A stretch of DNA of 64,000 nt from Candidatus Multivoradales bacterium (GCA_965223155.1 CBDCVR010000015.1:544001-608000), one strand, 5' to 3'. Counted from the first letter of the stretch, positions 23,316 through 33,592 are shown. Notes: generated by a model from the letters alone, not told the origin. Numbers and translations are program-made.

Positions 23316-24233
23316 CTATCCGTTCTCGCGCTCCTGGGCCAGAACCTCGGACCACAGACCGCCGAGGGCGTCGCCGAGCGAATACCGAGGTTGCCAGCCG
23401 AGGGTTCTCAGCTTGCCGTTGTCGGCCTGGAGACGCGGCACGTCCACCGGCCGGATGCGCGCGGCGTCGAGCTCGACCTGGACCTCCAGGCCCGAGATTC
23501 GGACCAGCTCGTCCAGGGCGGAGCGGATCGACACCGACCGGCCCGAGCCCAGGTTATAGACCTCGCCGCCCTCCCCACGCTCCACCAGCACGGCGTAGGC
23601 GGCCACCGCGTCCCGAACGTCCACGAAATCCCGCTCGGCCTCGAGGTTGCCCACCTTGAGGACCACCGGACCCGCCTCGTCCGCGCGGCCGCTCGACGCC
23701 AGCTGGCGCGCGAAGTTGGGCAGCGCGAACGACGGCGCCTGTCCCGGGCCCACTACGTTGAACATGCGCACCACCACCCCTCCGGCGCGGAGCACCATCC
23801 GCTCGGCGGCGGCCTTGGTCAAGGCGTAGGGATTCCGGGGTGCCGCTTCCCGGCTCTCCACCAGGGGCAAATCCTCGGCTTCGACCTGGCCGTAGACCTC
23901 CGAGCTAGACGCCAAGAGAAAGCGCGCCCCGGCCGCGGCGTCGAGGACGTTTTCGACGCCGACCAGGTTGACCGCGAAGTACGCCGGAATCCTCTCCCAC
24001 GACGCTCCAACGTGGCTCAAACCGGCGAGGTGGATGACCGCGTCGGGCGCGATCTCGACAAGTGCCGACGTGACCGCGGAGCGGTCCAGGATGTCTACCC
24101 GGCGCTCTTCGATTCCGGCTGTACCCGCCGGCGAATCGAGATGGAGGCCGACCACGCGATGGCCGGCGTCCCGGAGGCCGCGGGCGAGGTGGCGGCCCAG
24201 AAAACCCGAGCTGCCGGTGATCAGGACCTTCAC
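23316..24233 (-). CDS. NAD-dependent GDP-sugar dehydratase/reductase (Rmd/Gmd-like)
   Basis: TGSSGFLG, SSSEVYG, PYALTK (YxxxK), VGNLEAERDFVDVRD. Confidence 0.88.
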   Translation of the reverse strand: MKVLITGSSGFLGRHLARGLRDAGHRVVGLHLDSPAGTAGIEERRVDILDRSAVTSALVEIAPDAVIHLAGLSHVGASWERIPAYFAVNLVGVENVLDAAAGARFLLASSSEVYGQVEAEDLPLVESREAAPRNPYALTKAAAERMVLRAGGVVVRMFNVVGPGQAPSFALPNFARQLASSGRADEAGPVVLKVGNLEAERDFVDVRDAVAAYAVLVERGEGGEVYNLGSGRSVSIRSALDELVRISGLEVQVELDAARIRPVDVPRLQADNGKLRTLGWQPRYSLGDALGGLWSEVLAQERENG

Positions 24234-24244
24234 GAAGCGGGCTG

Positions 24245-26707
24245 CTAGGGCCGGTTGCTGCTGCCGTGCCCGACGTCCAGGAAGGTCCCGATGTTCTTGA
24301 GCGAGACCCCGATCCGGAAATCCCGATCGCGCAGGAAATTCTCGCCTCCGGCACTGTCAATCCCCAGGAAGCGCTTGAACTCGCGGACCTCGAACCGGAG
24401 ACCCCAGCATTGCGAGGTGTAGTTGAAGACATGCCGCTGCTGTTGCATGAAGCCGGTCACGAAATCGTAGTTGATCGAGTTCTGCATGGTGAGGTGATTG
24501 CGCACCAGCGTGAGATTCGAGTTGAGCCGGAGCTGATGGCTCCGGGTACCGACCGTGGTCAGGGGCAGCGCGGGCTCGGCGGCCGGATCCACGGGATCTT
24601 CCGCCGGGGCCTCGGTCAAGGCCGCGAGCTCTTCCTGAAACTGGGCGACCCAGCTCAGTCCCAGCGAGCCCCGGTTGAACCGCTTGCTCGCCAGGAGCGA
24701 CGCCGAGCTGAAATCGTCCAGCAGGTCGCTGTAGCTGGAGCGCAGCTCGAGGCTCGTGCGCTCGGAAGGATTGAACCGCAGCCGCATCGCGACCGCCGAC
24801 TTGCGGGTCTCGAGAGCGGTAATGCGGCTGATCTCGAAGGGCTGCTCCTCGCGCAGGCTGAAGGACCGGCCCAGCTCGAAGGTCATGATCTCGCGGGCGC
24901 TCTCGCCGGTCTTCTCGTTGGCCGGCTTGGCCAGAAGGCGGTTGACGAGCGCGACGCTGGCAATGGTGCGGTCCTGCAGGCGGTCCACCTCGTCGAACAG
25001 CGGCACCAGCTCCTGATCCTCGTATTCATCGACGAAGAGATAGCTGAAGCGTGGCTCGATGACGTGCTTGAACTTGCCGAAGCGGCCCAGCTTGCGGTCG
25101 AAGATCCGAGAAAAGGACGGACCGATGACCGAAGCCGACGCCGAGGGAAAGGTCCGCGTCAAGGCGTCGCCCGAGAAGGCCCGGCGGTCCTCGGTCAGGC
25201 TGTTCTCGTAGTAGGTCGTCCGGGCGGACAGGCCGACCGAGGCCGACAGCCAGGGGATCGTGCTCACCGGAATCGTGAGGGTCGGGGCGATGTCGGCGCG
25301 GGAGTAGCTCTCCTCGAGGACGTCGGTACGACTCACCTCGAAAAGGTTGATCGAGCTCAGCAAGCTGAAGTAGAGCGGCAGCTCGCCGATCCGGGTGGGA
25401 CGCAGCCGGTACTCGATCTCGGGCAGCTGGCGCTGGTTGATGAGAACGTCTTTGCGGATAAAGGTCTCGCGATCGTCCAGGAGGACGCTCAGCGAGTGCG
25501 AGCCCCAGTTGCCGCTCAGGAATCCGTTCGAATAGAGCGAGCGGATGGTGATGTCGTTGAAATCGCGCTCGAAGTCCCGAAAAAAATCGAAGTCCGAGAA
25601 GTCCTGGTAGTTGACCTGGCCGCGCAACCCGAACGGAAGGTCCTTGCTGGAATGGAACCACGAGGCCTTCCAGCGGGTCTCGGTCGGAATCGGCTCGTCG
25701 GGCGCGAGGGGATCGTCCAGAAACAGCCCACTCGAATCCTGGATCGAGAAGTAGCGCAGCGTGCCGCCGGTGGCGTGGCTGGGCTGGTAGCGGAACTCGG
25801 TCCCCAGACCGAGAAAGTCCTCGGTATAGAGATCAGCGAAGAAGGTCGCGTCGTAGCTGTCTCCGAAGGGCTGGAAGTAGGCCAGCCCCAGGGTTTCGCC
25901 GCGGCGTTCCGAATAGCCGAAGTTGGGGAAGAGAAAGCCGGCCACCCGGCCACGCTTGGCGGGAAAGAGCATGTACGGCATGTACAGCACCGGCATCTTC
26001 TTGACTCGCATGCGCGTGTTGCGCACCCGCGCGAATCCATCCAGCTTGATCCGCCCTCGGCCCAGACGGAAGCTCCAATCGGGTACCTCGTCTCCCGAGC
26101 AAGAGGTCACCGTGCCGTCGGTGACGACGTAGACGTCGCCGGCGAGCTTCTCGACCTGGCGGCCCTCGAAGTAGATATCCGGATCCACGAACGCCTGCGC
26201 TTCGTAGAACTTGCCCTCCTTGGACTCGAGGTCAAACTCCACGCGCCGGCCGGTGATGCGCTTGGGCCCCTCGTCGACGACCACGTGCCCCTCGGCCACG
26301 AGCTTCTTCGTATCCAGGTTGACCGTCACCGAGTCGGACTGGAGCCGGAGGTCGCGGTAGTTGACCTCGACCGCGTCGGAGGCGACGACCACGTTGGCGT
26401 CCGAGTAGGTCAGGGTTCCAGCACTTCCGGTCGCGGTCCCGCCACCACTGGCGTCGGCGAACGGCAAGGTGAACGTGATCCGCTCGACCGGCGGCGGCTC
26501 CGTTTCCGTCAGCTCGGTTTCCTCGAGCTCGGAGTCGGGAGCCTCGGACGCCTCCGGCGCAGCCGTTTCGGCGGCCGTGGCCTCACGGTCCTCGGGCAGC
26601 TCCCCAGCCTGGTACGTGCTCTGGGCGCCGAGGCTCCCGGGCGCGACCGCGGCCAGGCCGAAGCACGCCAGAAGCACCGCCGCAAGGAAGGAAACCGGGA
26701 TCCTCAC
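24245..26707 (-). CDS. lptD: LPS-assembly protein LptD
   Basis: Likely GTG start at 26707 overlapping the thiolase stop. Signal peptide, OstA-like jellyroll (AEGHVVV, TSC...PDW), PVLYMPY, GFLFPNFGYS, KHVIEP, QCW barrel end. Confidence 0.88.
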   Translation of the reverse strand: MRIPVSFLAAVLLACFGLAAVAPGSLGAQSTYQAGELPEDREATAAETAAPEASEAPDSELEETELTETEPPPVERITFTLPFADASGGGTATGSAGTLTYSDANVVVASDAVEVNYRDLRLQSDSVTVNLDTKKLVAEGHVVVDEGPKRITGRRVEFDLESKEGKFYEAQAFVDPDIYFEGRQVEKLAGDVYVVTDGTVTSCSGDEVPDWSFRLGRGRIKLDGFARVRNTRMRVKKMPVLYMPYMLFPAKRGRVAGFLFPNFGYSERRGETLGLAYFQPFGDSYDATFFADLYTEDFLGLGTEFRYQPSHATGGTLRYFSIQDSSGLFLDDPLAPDEPIPTETRWKASWFHSSKDLPFGLRGQVNYQDFSDFDFFRDFERDFNDITIRSLYSNGFLSGNWGSHSLSVLLDDRETFIRKDVLINQRQLPEIEYRLRPTRIGELPLYFSLLSSINLFEVSRTDVLEESYSRADIAPTLTIPVSTIPWLSASVGLSARTTYYENSLTEDRRAFSGDALTRTFPSASASVIGPSFSRIFDRKLGRFGKFKHVIEPRFSYLFVDEYEDQELVPLFDEVDRLQDRTIASVALVNRLLAKPANEKTGESAREIMTFELGRSFSLREEQPFEISRITALETRKSAVAMRLRFNPSERTSLELRSSYSDLLDDFSSASLLASKRFNRGSLGLSWVAQFQEELAALTEAPAEDPVDPAAEPALPLTTVGTRSHQLRLNSNLTLVRNHLTMQNSINYDFVTGFMQQQRHVFNYTSQCWGLRFEVREFKRFLGIDSAGGENFLRDRDFRIGVSLKNIGTFLDVGHGSSNRP

Positions 26708-27882
26708 AGCCGTTCCACGACTACCGCGGTGGCCTCGCCGCCACCCAGACAGATCGCCGCGCAGCCGATCGTGAGGTCTCGGGCGGCGAGCGCGTTGAGC
26801 AACGTGACCACGATCCGGGCGCCGGAGGCGCCGATGGGATGGCCTAGAGCCACGGCGCCGCCGTTGACGTTGACCTTCTCGGCCGGCAGATCGAGCTCGC
26901 GGACAAAGGCCATGGCGACAGCGGCAAAGGCTTCGTTGACTTCCCAAAGATCCACGTCTCCGAGTTCGAGGCCGGCGCGCGCGACCGCGCGCCGTGCCGC
27001 TTCGATGGGAGCCGTCGTGAACCATTCCGGCTCCTGGGCGAACGAGGCATGAGCGCGGATGCGGGCCAGAGGTGCGAGGCCGCGCGCCTCGGCGGTGGCC
27101 GCCGACGTCAGCACCAGAGCCGCGGCGCCGTCATTGATCTTGCTGGCGTTGGCGGCGGTAATCGTGCCCTCCGGATCGAACGCCGGTCTGAGGCGGCTCA
27201 TCTTGGCCAGATCCACCCGGAAAGGCTCCTCGTCGCGCGCCACCGACTTGGGATCGCCCTTCCGCTGGGACACTTCGACCGGAACGACCTCGGCGGCAAA
27301 GGCTCCTTCGTCCCAGGCGCGTCGCGCCCGGGCGTAGCTCTCCGCCGCGAAGGCATCCTGGTCTTCTCGGCTGAGCTCGAACTTGCGGGCACAGAGCTCG
27401 CCACAGTTGCCCATGTGCCGGTCGGAGTAGGGATCCCAAAGGCCGTCGTGGATCATCGAGTCGACCAGCCTGCCGTGACCGAGCCGCTGACCCGCCCGCG
27501 CGCCAGGTGCCAGATAGGGGGCCTGGCTCATACTCTCCATGCCGCCCGCGGCCACCATCTCGAAATCCTCGCAGCGCAGCTCATTGGCGGCAAACATGAG
27601 GGCCTTCATGCCCGAACCACAGACCTTGCCGACGGTCACCGCTCTGGTAGCAGGCGGGCACCCCGCAGCCAGAGCCGCCTGGCGTGCCGGCGCCTGGCCG
27701 ACGCCGCCGGTCAGCACCGAGCCCATGTAGACCTGCTCGAGATCGGCCGGCTGGATGCCGGCACCGGCGATCGCTCCGGCCAAGGCCCGCGCGCCCAACT
27801 CGGGCGCTGACTGGGAGGCAAGCTCGCCCTGGAAGGCGCCGATCGGGGTGCGGACGGCGCTCAGGATCACGATCTCTTGCAT
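26704..27882 (-). CDS. Acetyl-CoA C-acetyltransferase (thiolase)
   Basis: Start ATG 27882: VRTPIG, KVCGSG, NEAF, GGAVALGHPIGASG, CLGGG. Confidence 0.96.
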   Translation of the reverse strand: MQEIVILSAVRTPIGAFQGELASQSAPELGARALAGAIAGAGIQPADLEQVYMGSVLTGGVGQAPARQAALAAGCPPATRAVTVGKVCGSGMKALMFAANELRCEDFEMVAAGGMESMSQAPYLAPGARAGQRLGHGRLVDSMIHDGLWDPYSDRHMGNCGELCARKFELSREDQDAFAAESYARARRAWDEGAFAAEVVPVEVSQRKGDPKSVARDEEPFRVDLAKMSRLRPAFDPEGTITAANASKINDGAAALVLTSAATAEARGLAPLARIRAHASFAQEPEWFTTAPIEAARRAVARAGLELGDVDLWEVNEAFAAVAMAFVRELDLPAEKVNVNGGAVALGHPIGASGARIVVTLLNALAARDLTIGCAAICLGGGEATAVVVERL

Positions 27883-28031
27883 CCGGTTTTCCCTGCCCTC
27901 GATTGGTGCCCGGCGGCTGTCGACAGTCCCAAAACCTTCCGCCAGCAACGCCTGCGCCCCTCGACGGCCGGCCGTGATGCTAGCACAGCGTTCGGCTGGC
28001 GCCGGGCGGTGGAATCGGCGATGATCCCCGC

Positions 28032-28508
28032 ATGAAAAGCCTCGCCATCGACCTGGGAGCCAAGCGCGTCGGCGTCGCCATTTCGGACGCCGAGGGCCGC
28101 TTCGCCGTTCCCCTGACCACCCTCGATCGACGCGACGACGAGCAACTGGCGCGCGCGATCGGCGAGCTCGCCCGCCAAGAGGAAGTCGAGCGCCTGGTGG
28201 CCGGCGAGCCGCTGCGGCTGGATGGCAGTCCGGGACCCGCGGCGCTTCGAGCACGGCGTTTCGCCGAGCGTCTGGCCCGGGATCTCGGACTGCCGCTCGA
28301 GCTGGTCGACGAGGTTCTAACCAGCCGCGAAGCCGAGGAGCGGCTGCGCGCCGCCGGCGTCGATCCCCGCCGCCATCCGGAGCGCGTCGACGCGGTGGCC
28401 GCCCAAATCATTCTCCAGGAAGCGCTCGACCGGGACGCGCGCGACCGAAACGCCGATTCCGAGTGCGCCGACACCCGCTCGGAGCTTGCGCCCGACCCGG
28501 CCTCCTGA
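28032..28508 (+). CDS. ruvX: YqgF/RuvX pre-16S rRNA nuclease / Holliday junction resolvase-like
   Basis: LAIDLGAKRVGVAISD, DEVLTS, DAVAAQIILQ. Confidence 0.93.
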   Translation: MKSLAIDLGAKRVGVAISDAEGRFAVPLTTLDRRDDEQLARAIGELARQEEVERLVAGEPLRLDGSPGPAALRARRFAERLARDLGLPLELVDEVLTSREAEERLRAAGVDPRRHPERVDAVAAQIILQEALDRDARDRNADSECADTRSELAPDPAS

Positions 28509-28521
28509 GGCCGGCACGACC

Positions 28522-29598
28522 ATGAGCCGCTTTGTTCGAGGCTGTCTGGTCCTGAGCTTGGTCTTGGGCTCGATCCTGGTCGCCGCCGGAGGCTTCGCCG
28601 TCTGGCGAGCCAGCGAGGCGATTCAGGCCCCGTATCAGGGATTTTCCGGCAGCGAGCGAGTGGTGAGGATCGAGTCCGGCGCTACGGTCACCCAGACGAT
28701 TGCCGCGCTCCACCAGGCAGGCGTACTCGAAAGCGAGCTCCTGGCGAGAACCTACTGGCAATTCGTGCTCGACGAGCCGCCGCTCCAGGCGGGCGAGTAC
28801 CGCTTTCGCGGGCCGCAAACCCTACCCGCCGTCCTCGCCAAACTCGAGCGCGGCGAGGTGCTGACCCATCCCGTGACGCTCATCGAAGGCCTAACCTTGG
28901 AAGAGACCGCCGCCCACTTGGCGAACGAAGGGTTCGGCCGGGAGGAACGCTTCCTGGAAGAGATGCAACGGGTCGGGCGCATCGTCGATCTGGACCCGGA
29001 CGCCCCCTCGCTCGAGGGCTATCTCTTTCCCGACACCTACGCGTTCTCTGCCGGCACCTCCGAAGCCGACGTAGTCTCGACCCTGGTCGCCACCTTTCGT
29101 TCGAAGCTCGAAGCCGTCAACTTTCAGCCGGGCGGCACCGGCCCCATCGGCAGCCCGCGGGACCTCGTCGTCCTGGCGTCGATCGTCGAGAAGGAGGCCC
29201 AGCGTGACGACGAACGGCCCGTCATCGCCGCGGTCTATACGAATCGTCTGCGTATCGGCATGGGGCTCTACGCCGATCCGACGATCATCTACGCCTTGAA
29301 ACAGGCCGGAACCTGGGACGGCAACCTGCGCCGCCGCGACCTCGAGATGGATTCTCCATACAACACCTACCGCACCCAGGGCCTGCCGCCGGGGCCCATC
29401 GGCTCGCCCGGATTGGCCAGCCTCCAGGCTGCCGCCCAGCCGGCCGACGTCGACTACCTCTATTTTGTCAGCCGCAACGACGGCTCCCACGTCTTCGCTC
29501 GCACTCTGGCCGAGCACAACCGCAACGTCTACGAGTGGCAGAAGCTCTACTGGCAGCGGCGTTGGGCCGAGGAGCGCGAACGTGACAAATTACATTGA
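28522..29598 (+). CDS. mltG: Endolytic transglycosylase MltG
   Basis: LEGYLFPDTY, LASIVEKE, SPYNTY, GLPPGPI, YLYFV. Start ATG 28522. Confidence 0.95.
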   Translation: MSRFVRGCLVLSLVLGSILVAAGGFAVWRASEAIQAPYQGFSGSERVVRIESGATVTQTIAALHQAGVLESELLARTYWQFVLDEPPLQAGEYRFRGPQTLPAVLAKLERGEVLTHPVTLIEGLTLEETAAHLANEGFGREERFLEEMQRVGRIVDLDPDAPSLEGYLFPDTYAFSAGTSEADVVSTLVATFRSKLEAVNFQPGGTGPIGSPRDLVVLASIVEKEAQRDDERPVIAAVYTNRLRIGMGLYADPTIIYALKQAGTWDGNLRRRDLEMDSPYNTYRTQGLPPGPIGSPGLASLQAAAQPADVDYLYFVSRNDGSHVFARTLAEHNRNVYEWQKLYWQRRWAEERERDKLH

Positions 29599-29647
29599 CC
29601 GTCCTTTGGAGACTCGATAGCAAAGGGCTCAAAGGAGCTCGAATCCG

Positions 29648-31906
29648 ATGGTGAATCCGGTCAAGTTTGGAGAGTTTCTCCTTTTCAAGAAGGGCGAGGA
29701 GCGACCCTACGCCTCCTCCTACCGGGCTGGAACCGTGCACGGTCGGATCATCGACCGGGTCGTACGGCTCGAGCTCTTCGACGGCAAGACCATGGACCGG
29801 CAGCTCTTCCTGCGGCACCTGCCGGCGGCCGGCGCTATTCAGCCCATGCTCGAGGATCCCCACATCGCACGGGGCATCGGGGTCGGCATGGCCGACGGCA
29901 TCCCCTACGCCGCCTACGACTTCGAGCTCGGCGTCAGCCTGACCGACTTCCTCGACACGGCCCGCCGGCGACGGTTTCCGATCCCCCTCGACCAAGCGCT
30001 CTTCGTCACCGAGCGGATCTCACTCGCCCTGTCGGCGGCTCTCGACCGCAAGCACGAGGGCCGGCCGGTCACCCACGGCTTCCTGGTGCCCGACAGCGTG
30101 CTTTTGGCTCATGACGGCAGCGTCAAGGTCTTCGGATTCGAGATCGGCAAGGCCCTGCGGGAACAGTTCGGAGCCACCCAGCCCCTGGACCGCTACATCG
30201 CGATCGAAGCTCGAGGCGGCGGCGAGGGTGCGCCCAACGACGACGTCTTCTCGCTGGGCGTGCTGCTCTACGAACTCCTGGCCGGCGCCCCGCTGGGCGA
30301 AGCCAATTTCGCGCGGCTTCCCGAGATCGTGGATCAGCTCGTCGTCCAAGCCACCAACGAGCCGGCTCCCGAGTCTATCCGCGCACTGCTCAAGAAGAGC
30401 CTTGCGCCGCGCGCCGAACGCTTCGAAGACGCGCTGGCCTGGCAGCAGAGCCTGGGACGCATCATTCTTGAAGGCGAGTTCAACCCGACGACGTTCAACC
30501 TGGCCTTCCTGATGCACACGCTCTTTCGCGAGCAGCTCGAACAGGCGCGCGAGGAGCTCAAGGAACACAAGAGCTACCGCCTGCCCGAAGCCCGGGACGT
30601 GACCGGTGACGCCGAGCCGCCGACCGAGCCGACAGCTCCGGCTACCGTGGCTCCGGCACCGATCCCGGCCGCGGAACCCGCTCCCACCGGCCCCGTACCG
30701 GTCGCGGAAGCCGGATCCGGAACCAGCGCGCCCGCGCTTGGCGACGCCGCCACCCCGACCTCGGAGGTCGCCGTCTACGACGAGGCGGCCGACGAGACTA
30801 CCGGTGTCCCTCTGGCCGGAGACCAGCGCGACAGGGACGAACCCGCTCCGCTGTATTCCGATTCTTCGGTAGCCGATTCCTCGGTTTCCGGCTCGTCGGT
30901 CGCCGCCACCGGGCAGGCTTCCGGGCGCCGCAAGTTGCCCTTCTGGCTCGGCTTCGCGGCCACGGCGGCGATCGCTACCCCACTCGTCTACTTCATGGCC
31001 ATCCGTGGCGGCGAAGCGGGCGAAGGCGGCGGCGAGACGCTCGCCCCTCGATCGGCCCAATCGATCGGAACCGGGGCCGAAGGTCCGTCGGCTTTGGGAA
31101 TCGAGCCGACCCAGATGGCGAGCGAGACTGTCGTCGCCGACTCCCGGCTCGCCTCGGCCGGCGGCGATGAGCTCGGCGAGGACGCGGGCGACGCTCTGGG
31201 CAAGCTGCCACCACCGCCCGACCAGGACGCCGAGGCCCTGGACCTGACCAAAAAGGAGCTCCAGGCGCTTCTTGCCGAGCGCGCCCAGGCGGTGGAAGCC
31301 AACCTCAAGGCAGAGTTCGAGCGCCGCATCGCCGAGCTTCAGAACAAGATCGAAGCTCAGGATCAGGCGGCAGAATCCGGCACTGGCTCGACCGCCGCCG
31401 TGCAGACGGCGGCGCGGTCCGCGAGCACGCCGGCACCGACCGGTGGCGCTCAGGCGCCCTCCGGAACCGTCTCCCAGACACTTCCGAAGACCGTCGTTTC
31501 CCCCTCCAGTACTCAAGCGGCGAGGCCGTCGACTCCGACCGCCGCAGAGAGCGCGATCCCGGCGGGCGGTCAGGCGGGTGCCGGCGGAGCCGAGCCCATC
31601 GGGAGCAAAGAAGCGGTGCCCGCGCCCAAAGCGGCCGTGCGCACTCCGCCCAAGCTTCTCCGCCTTTCCCAACCGGTCTACCCCGCCGCGGCCCGGCGCC
31701 TCAATCGCTCGGCCAGCGTCCGGGTCAAGGTGCTGGTGGCTCCGGACGGCAAGGTTCGGGAAGCCACGATCCTCGGCGCCAAGGCCGGCAGCGGCTTCGA
31801 CAACGCGGCGCTCACCGCCGTTCGCAAGTCCAAGTGGAAGCCCGGAACCGTCGATGGCCGGCCCACCGAGGCTTGGACGATGGTGACCATCGAGTTCGTG
31901 CCGTAA
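29648..31906 (+). CDS. Ser/Thr pseudokinase - TM - TonB C-terminal domain fusion
   Basis: Kinase-fold remnants (THGFLVPDSVLL, VKVFGFE, DVFSLGVLLYELL), TM (FWLGFAATAAIATPLVYFM), coiled coil, TonB_C (PVYPAAARR...FDNAALTAVRKSKWKPG...IEF). Confidence 0.85.
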   Translation: MVNPVKFGEFLLFKKGEERPYASSYRAGTVHGRIIDRVVRLELFDGKTMDRQLFLRHLPAAGAIQPMLEDPHIARGIGVGMADGIPYAAYDFELGVSLTDFLDTARRRRFPIPLDQALFVTERISLALSAALDRKHEGRPVTHGFLVPDSVLLAHDGSVKVFGFEIGKALREQFGATQPLDRYIAIEARGGGEGAPNDDVFSLGVLLYELLAGAPLGEANFARLPEIVDQLVVQATNEPAPESIRALLKKSLAPRAERFEDALAWQQSLGRIILEGEFNPTTFNLAFLMHTLFREQLEQAREELKEHKSYRLPEARDVTGDAEPPTEPTAPATVAPAPIPAAEPAPTGPVPVAEAGSGTSAPALGDAATPTSEVAVYDEAADETTGVPLAGDQRDRDEPAPLYSDSSVADSSVSGSSVAATGQASGRRKLPFWLGFAATAAIATPLVYFMAIRGGEAGEGGGETLAPRSAQSIGTGAEGPSALGIEPTQMASETVVADSRLASAGGDELGEDAGDALGKLPPPPDQDAEALDLTKKELQALLAERAQAVEANLKAEFERRIAELQNKIEAQDQAAESGTGSTAAVQTAARSASTPAPTGGAQAPSGTVSQTLPKTVVSPSSTQAARPSTPTAAESAIPAGGQAGAGGAEPIGSKEAVPAPKAAVRTPPKLLRLSQPVYPAAARRLNRSASVRVKVLVAPDGKVREATILGAKAGSGFDNAALTAVRKSKWKPGTVDGRPTEAWTMVTIEFVP

Positions 31907-31972
31907 CGAAGGCCCGAGACCGGTATACTCAAGATTCCTGCTAACGAGGAGTCTACGGACCGGAGGAGAACC

Positions 31973-32680
31973 ATGAAACGATTCACAAGCCTATTTCTCG
32001 CTTCCTTCGCCCTGGTACTCGTGGCCAGCGCGGCCTGGGCCAAGCCTTCGGTCGGCGTCGCCGAGTTCCGCAACAAGACCCGCGCCGGGTGGTGGTACTC
32101 GGGTGTGGGTTGGGATCTCGCCGACACTCTGACCAACGAACTCGCGGCCACGGGCTCGTTTACGGTAGTCGAGCGCGCCAAGCTCGAGCCCGTCCTGCGC
32201 GAGCAGGATCTGGCGGACTACGGCCGGGTTCGCCCCGGAACCGGCGCTGCCATTGGCAAGCTCACCGGAGCCAAGTACCTGATCCTGGGCAGCCTTTCGG
32301 CCTATGAGGAGAACGTCAAGGGAGGCCGCGGCGGCGTCGGCTACCGCGGCATTCGGCTCGGCGGCAAGAAGAACGAGGCCTATCTGGCGGTGGACCTTCG
32401 GGTTGTCGACACGACCAGCGGTGAGATCGCCTTTACCCGCACGGTCGAAGCGCGCACCGGCGGCCGCGGCTTCAGCGTCGGCGTCTTCCGCGGCGGTTTC
32501 GCGGGCAACCTGGGCAAGCACGAGAAGACTCCGGCGGGTAAAGCTATCCGCGCGGTGCTGGCCGAGGCGACCGACTACCTGGACTGCGTCATGGTGCGCC
32601 AGGACTCGTGCACGGCCGAGTTCGACGCCAAGGAGCGCAAGCGGCGGGCGGGTCTCAAGGATTCGATCAAGCTCGACTGA
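31973..32680 (+). CDS. CsgG/HfaB family exported protein
   Basis: Signal peptide, FTVVERAKLEPVLREQ, GKLTGAKYLILG, VDLRVVDTTSGEI. Confidence 0.85.
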   Translation: MKRFTSLFLASFALVLVASAAWAKPSVGVAEFRNKTRAGWWYSGVGWDLADTLTNELAATGSFTVVERAKLEPVLREQDLADYGRVRPGTGAAIGKLTGAKYLILGSLSAYEENVKGGRGGVGYRGIRLGGKKNEAYLAVDLRVVDTTSGEIAFTRTVEARTGGRGFSVGVFRGGFAGNLGKHEKTPAGKAIRAVLAEATDYLDCVMVRQDSCTAEFDAKERKRRAGLKDSIKLD

Positions 32681-32765
32681 GCGCTTCGCAGCTTCCATGC
32701 CCCAGGGGCGGCCGTAGCCGCGGCCGCCTCCGGTTTGCCTCGTCCCTCGGTGAGAGGCCGTTCTG

Positions 32766-33578
32766 GTGATCGTCAGCCGGCACGGCTCGGGGCTCGTCCT
32801 CGTCACGCAGCCGGATCACGCGGCGCTTGCCGGCGCCCTGATGGCTCTGTGGCGCGCCGATGGCATGCCCGACCATCCCCGAAGGGACGACCTCGTCTTC
32901 GCGGCCCGGGAGCACGACAATGGCTGGCAGGAGATCGACGCGGCGCCGCTCTTCGACCCTGCGAGCGGGCGGCCGACCTCCTTCGACCAAGTCCCGGAGG
33001 CCACCCGCCGCGAGCTCTGGGCCCGTGGCGTTCGCCGGTACGCCACGGAGCGCCCTTACGCCATGCGGCTCATTTGCCACCACGCGCGGGATATCTACCA
33101 GCGGCACCGCGAAGACCCTGCTTGGAGCGAGTTCTTCGCCGATCTCGAGACCTTCGAAGCCGAGCTACCGGATCCGGCGCGAGCCCCCGAGGCGGTGGCG
33201 GCTGACGCCTTGCTGCTGCGGACCGTGGATTCCCTGAGTCTGGCCGCCTGCGGTCACCGCGGCGGCTCGGGCGGCCGGCTCAGGGTGGTCGGCGGCGCGG
33301 GCGGCGACCACCAGGACGACCGAGGCGACCGGAAGCGAGGGGAACTCGCCGCTCGGATCCAGGATGACGCGGTGTGGCTGGACCCCTTTCCGCTGGCGGG
33401 CTCGACGACTCTCGAGGTCGCCTGCCGGCTCCTGCCGAAGCGGCACTACGCCTCGGCCAGGAGCTTCCGGGAAGCGCTCCTCGAAGCACCCTGGATTCGG
33501 CGTGCGATTCGCTGGCGCCGGCTCGTTTCCCCCTCCGCGCTGCCCGCGGAGCCACCAGATCGGCCTCCGATGCCGTGA
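32766..33578 (+). CDS. DUF3891 family protein
   Basis: VTQPDHAALAG, EHDNGW, DSLSLAAC, LDPFP. Confidence 0.8.
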   Translation: MIVSRHGSGLVLVTQPDHAALAGALMALWRADGMPDHPRRDDLVFAAREHDNGWQEIDAAPLFDPASGRPTSFDQVPEATRRELWARGVRRYATERPYAMRLICHHARDIYQRHREDPAWSEFFADLETFEAELPDPARAPEAVAADALLLRTVDSLSLAACGHRGGSGGRLRVVGGAGGDHQDDRGDRKRGELAARIQDDAVWLDPFPLAGSTTLEVACRLLPKRHYASARSFREALLEAPWIRRAIRWRRLVSPSALPAEPPDRPPMP

Positions 33579-33592
33579 TACCCTAGGGTCGA

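Noticed and set aside
28032-29598. ruvX-mltG adjacency as a novel system
   Set aside because: This gene pair is common in many bacterial phyla.
30859-30905. 15-bp triplicate (DSSVA/DSSVS/GSSVA) in the pseudokinase linker
   Set aside because: An in-frame low-complexity linker expansion with no sign of function.
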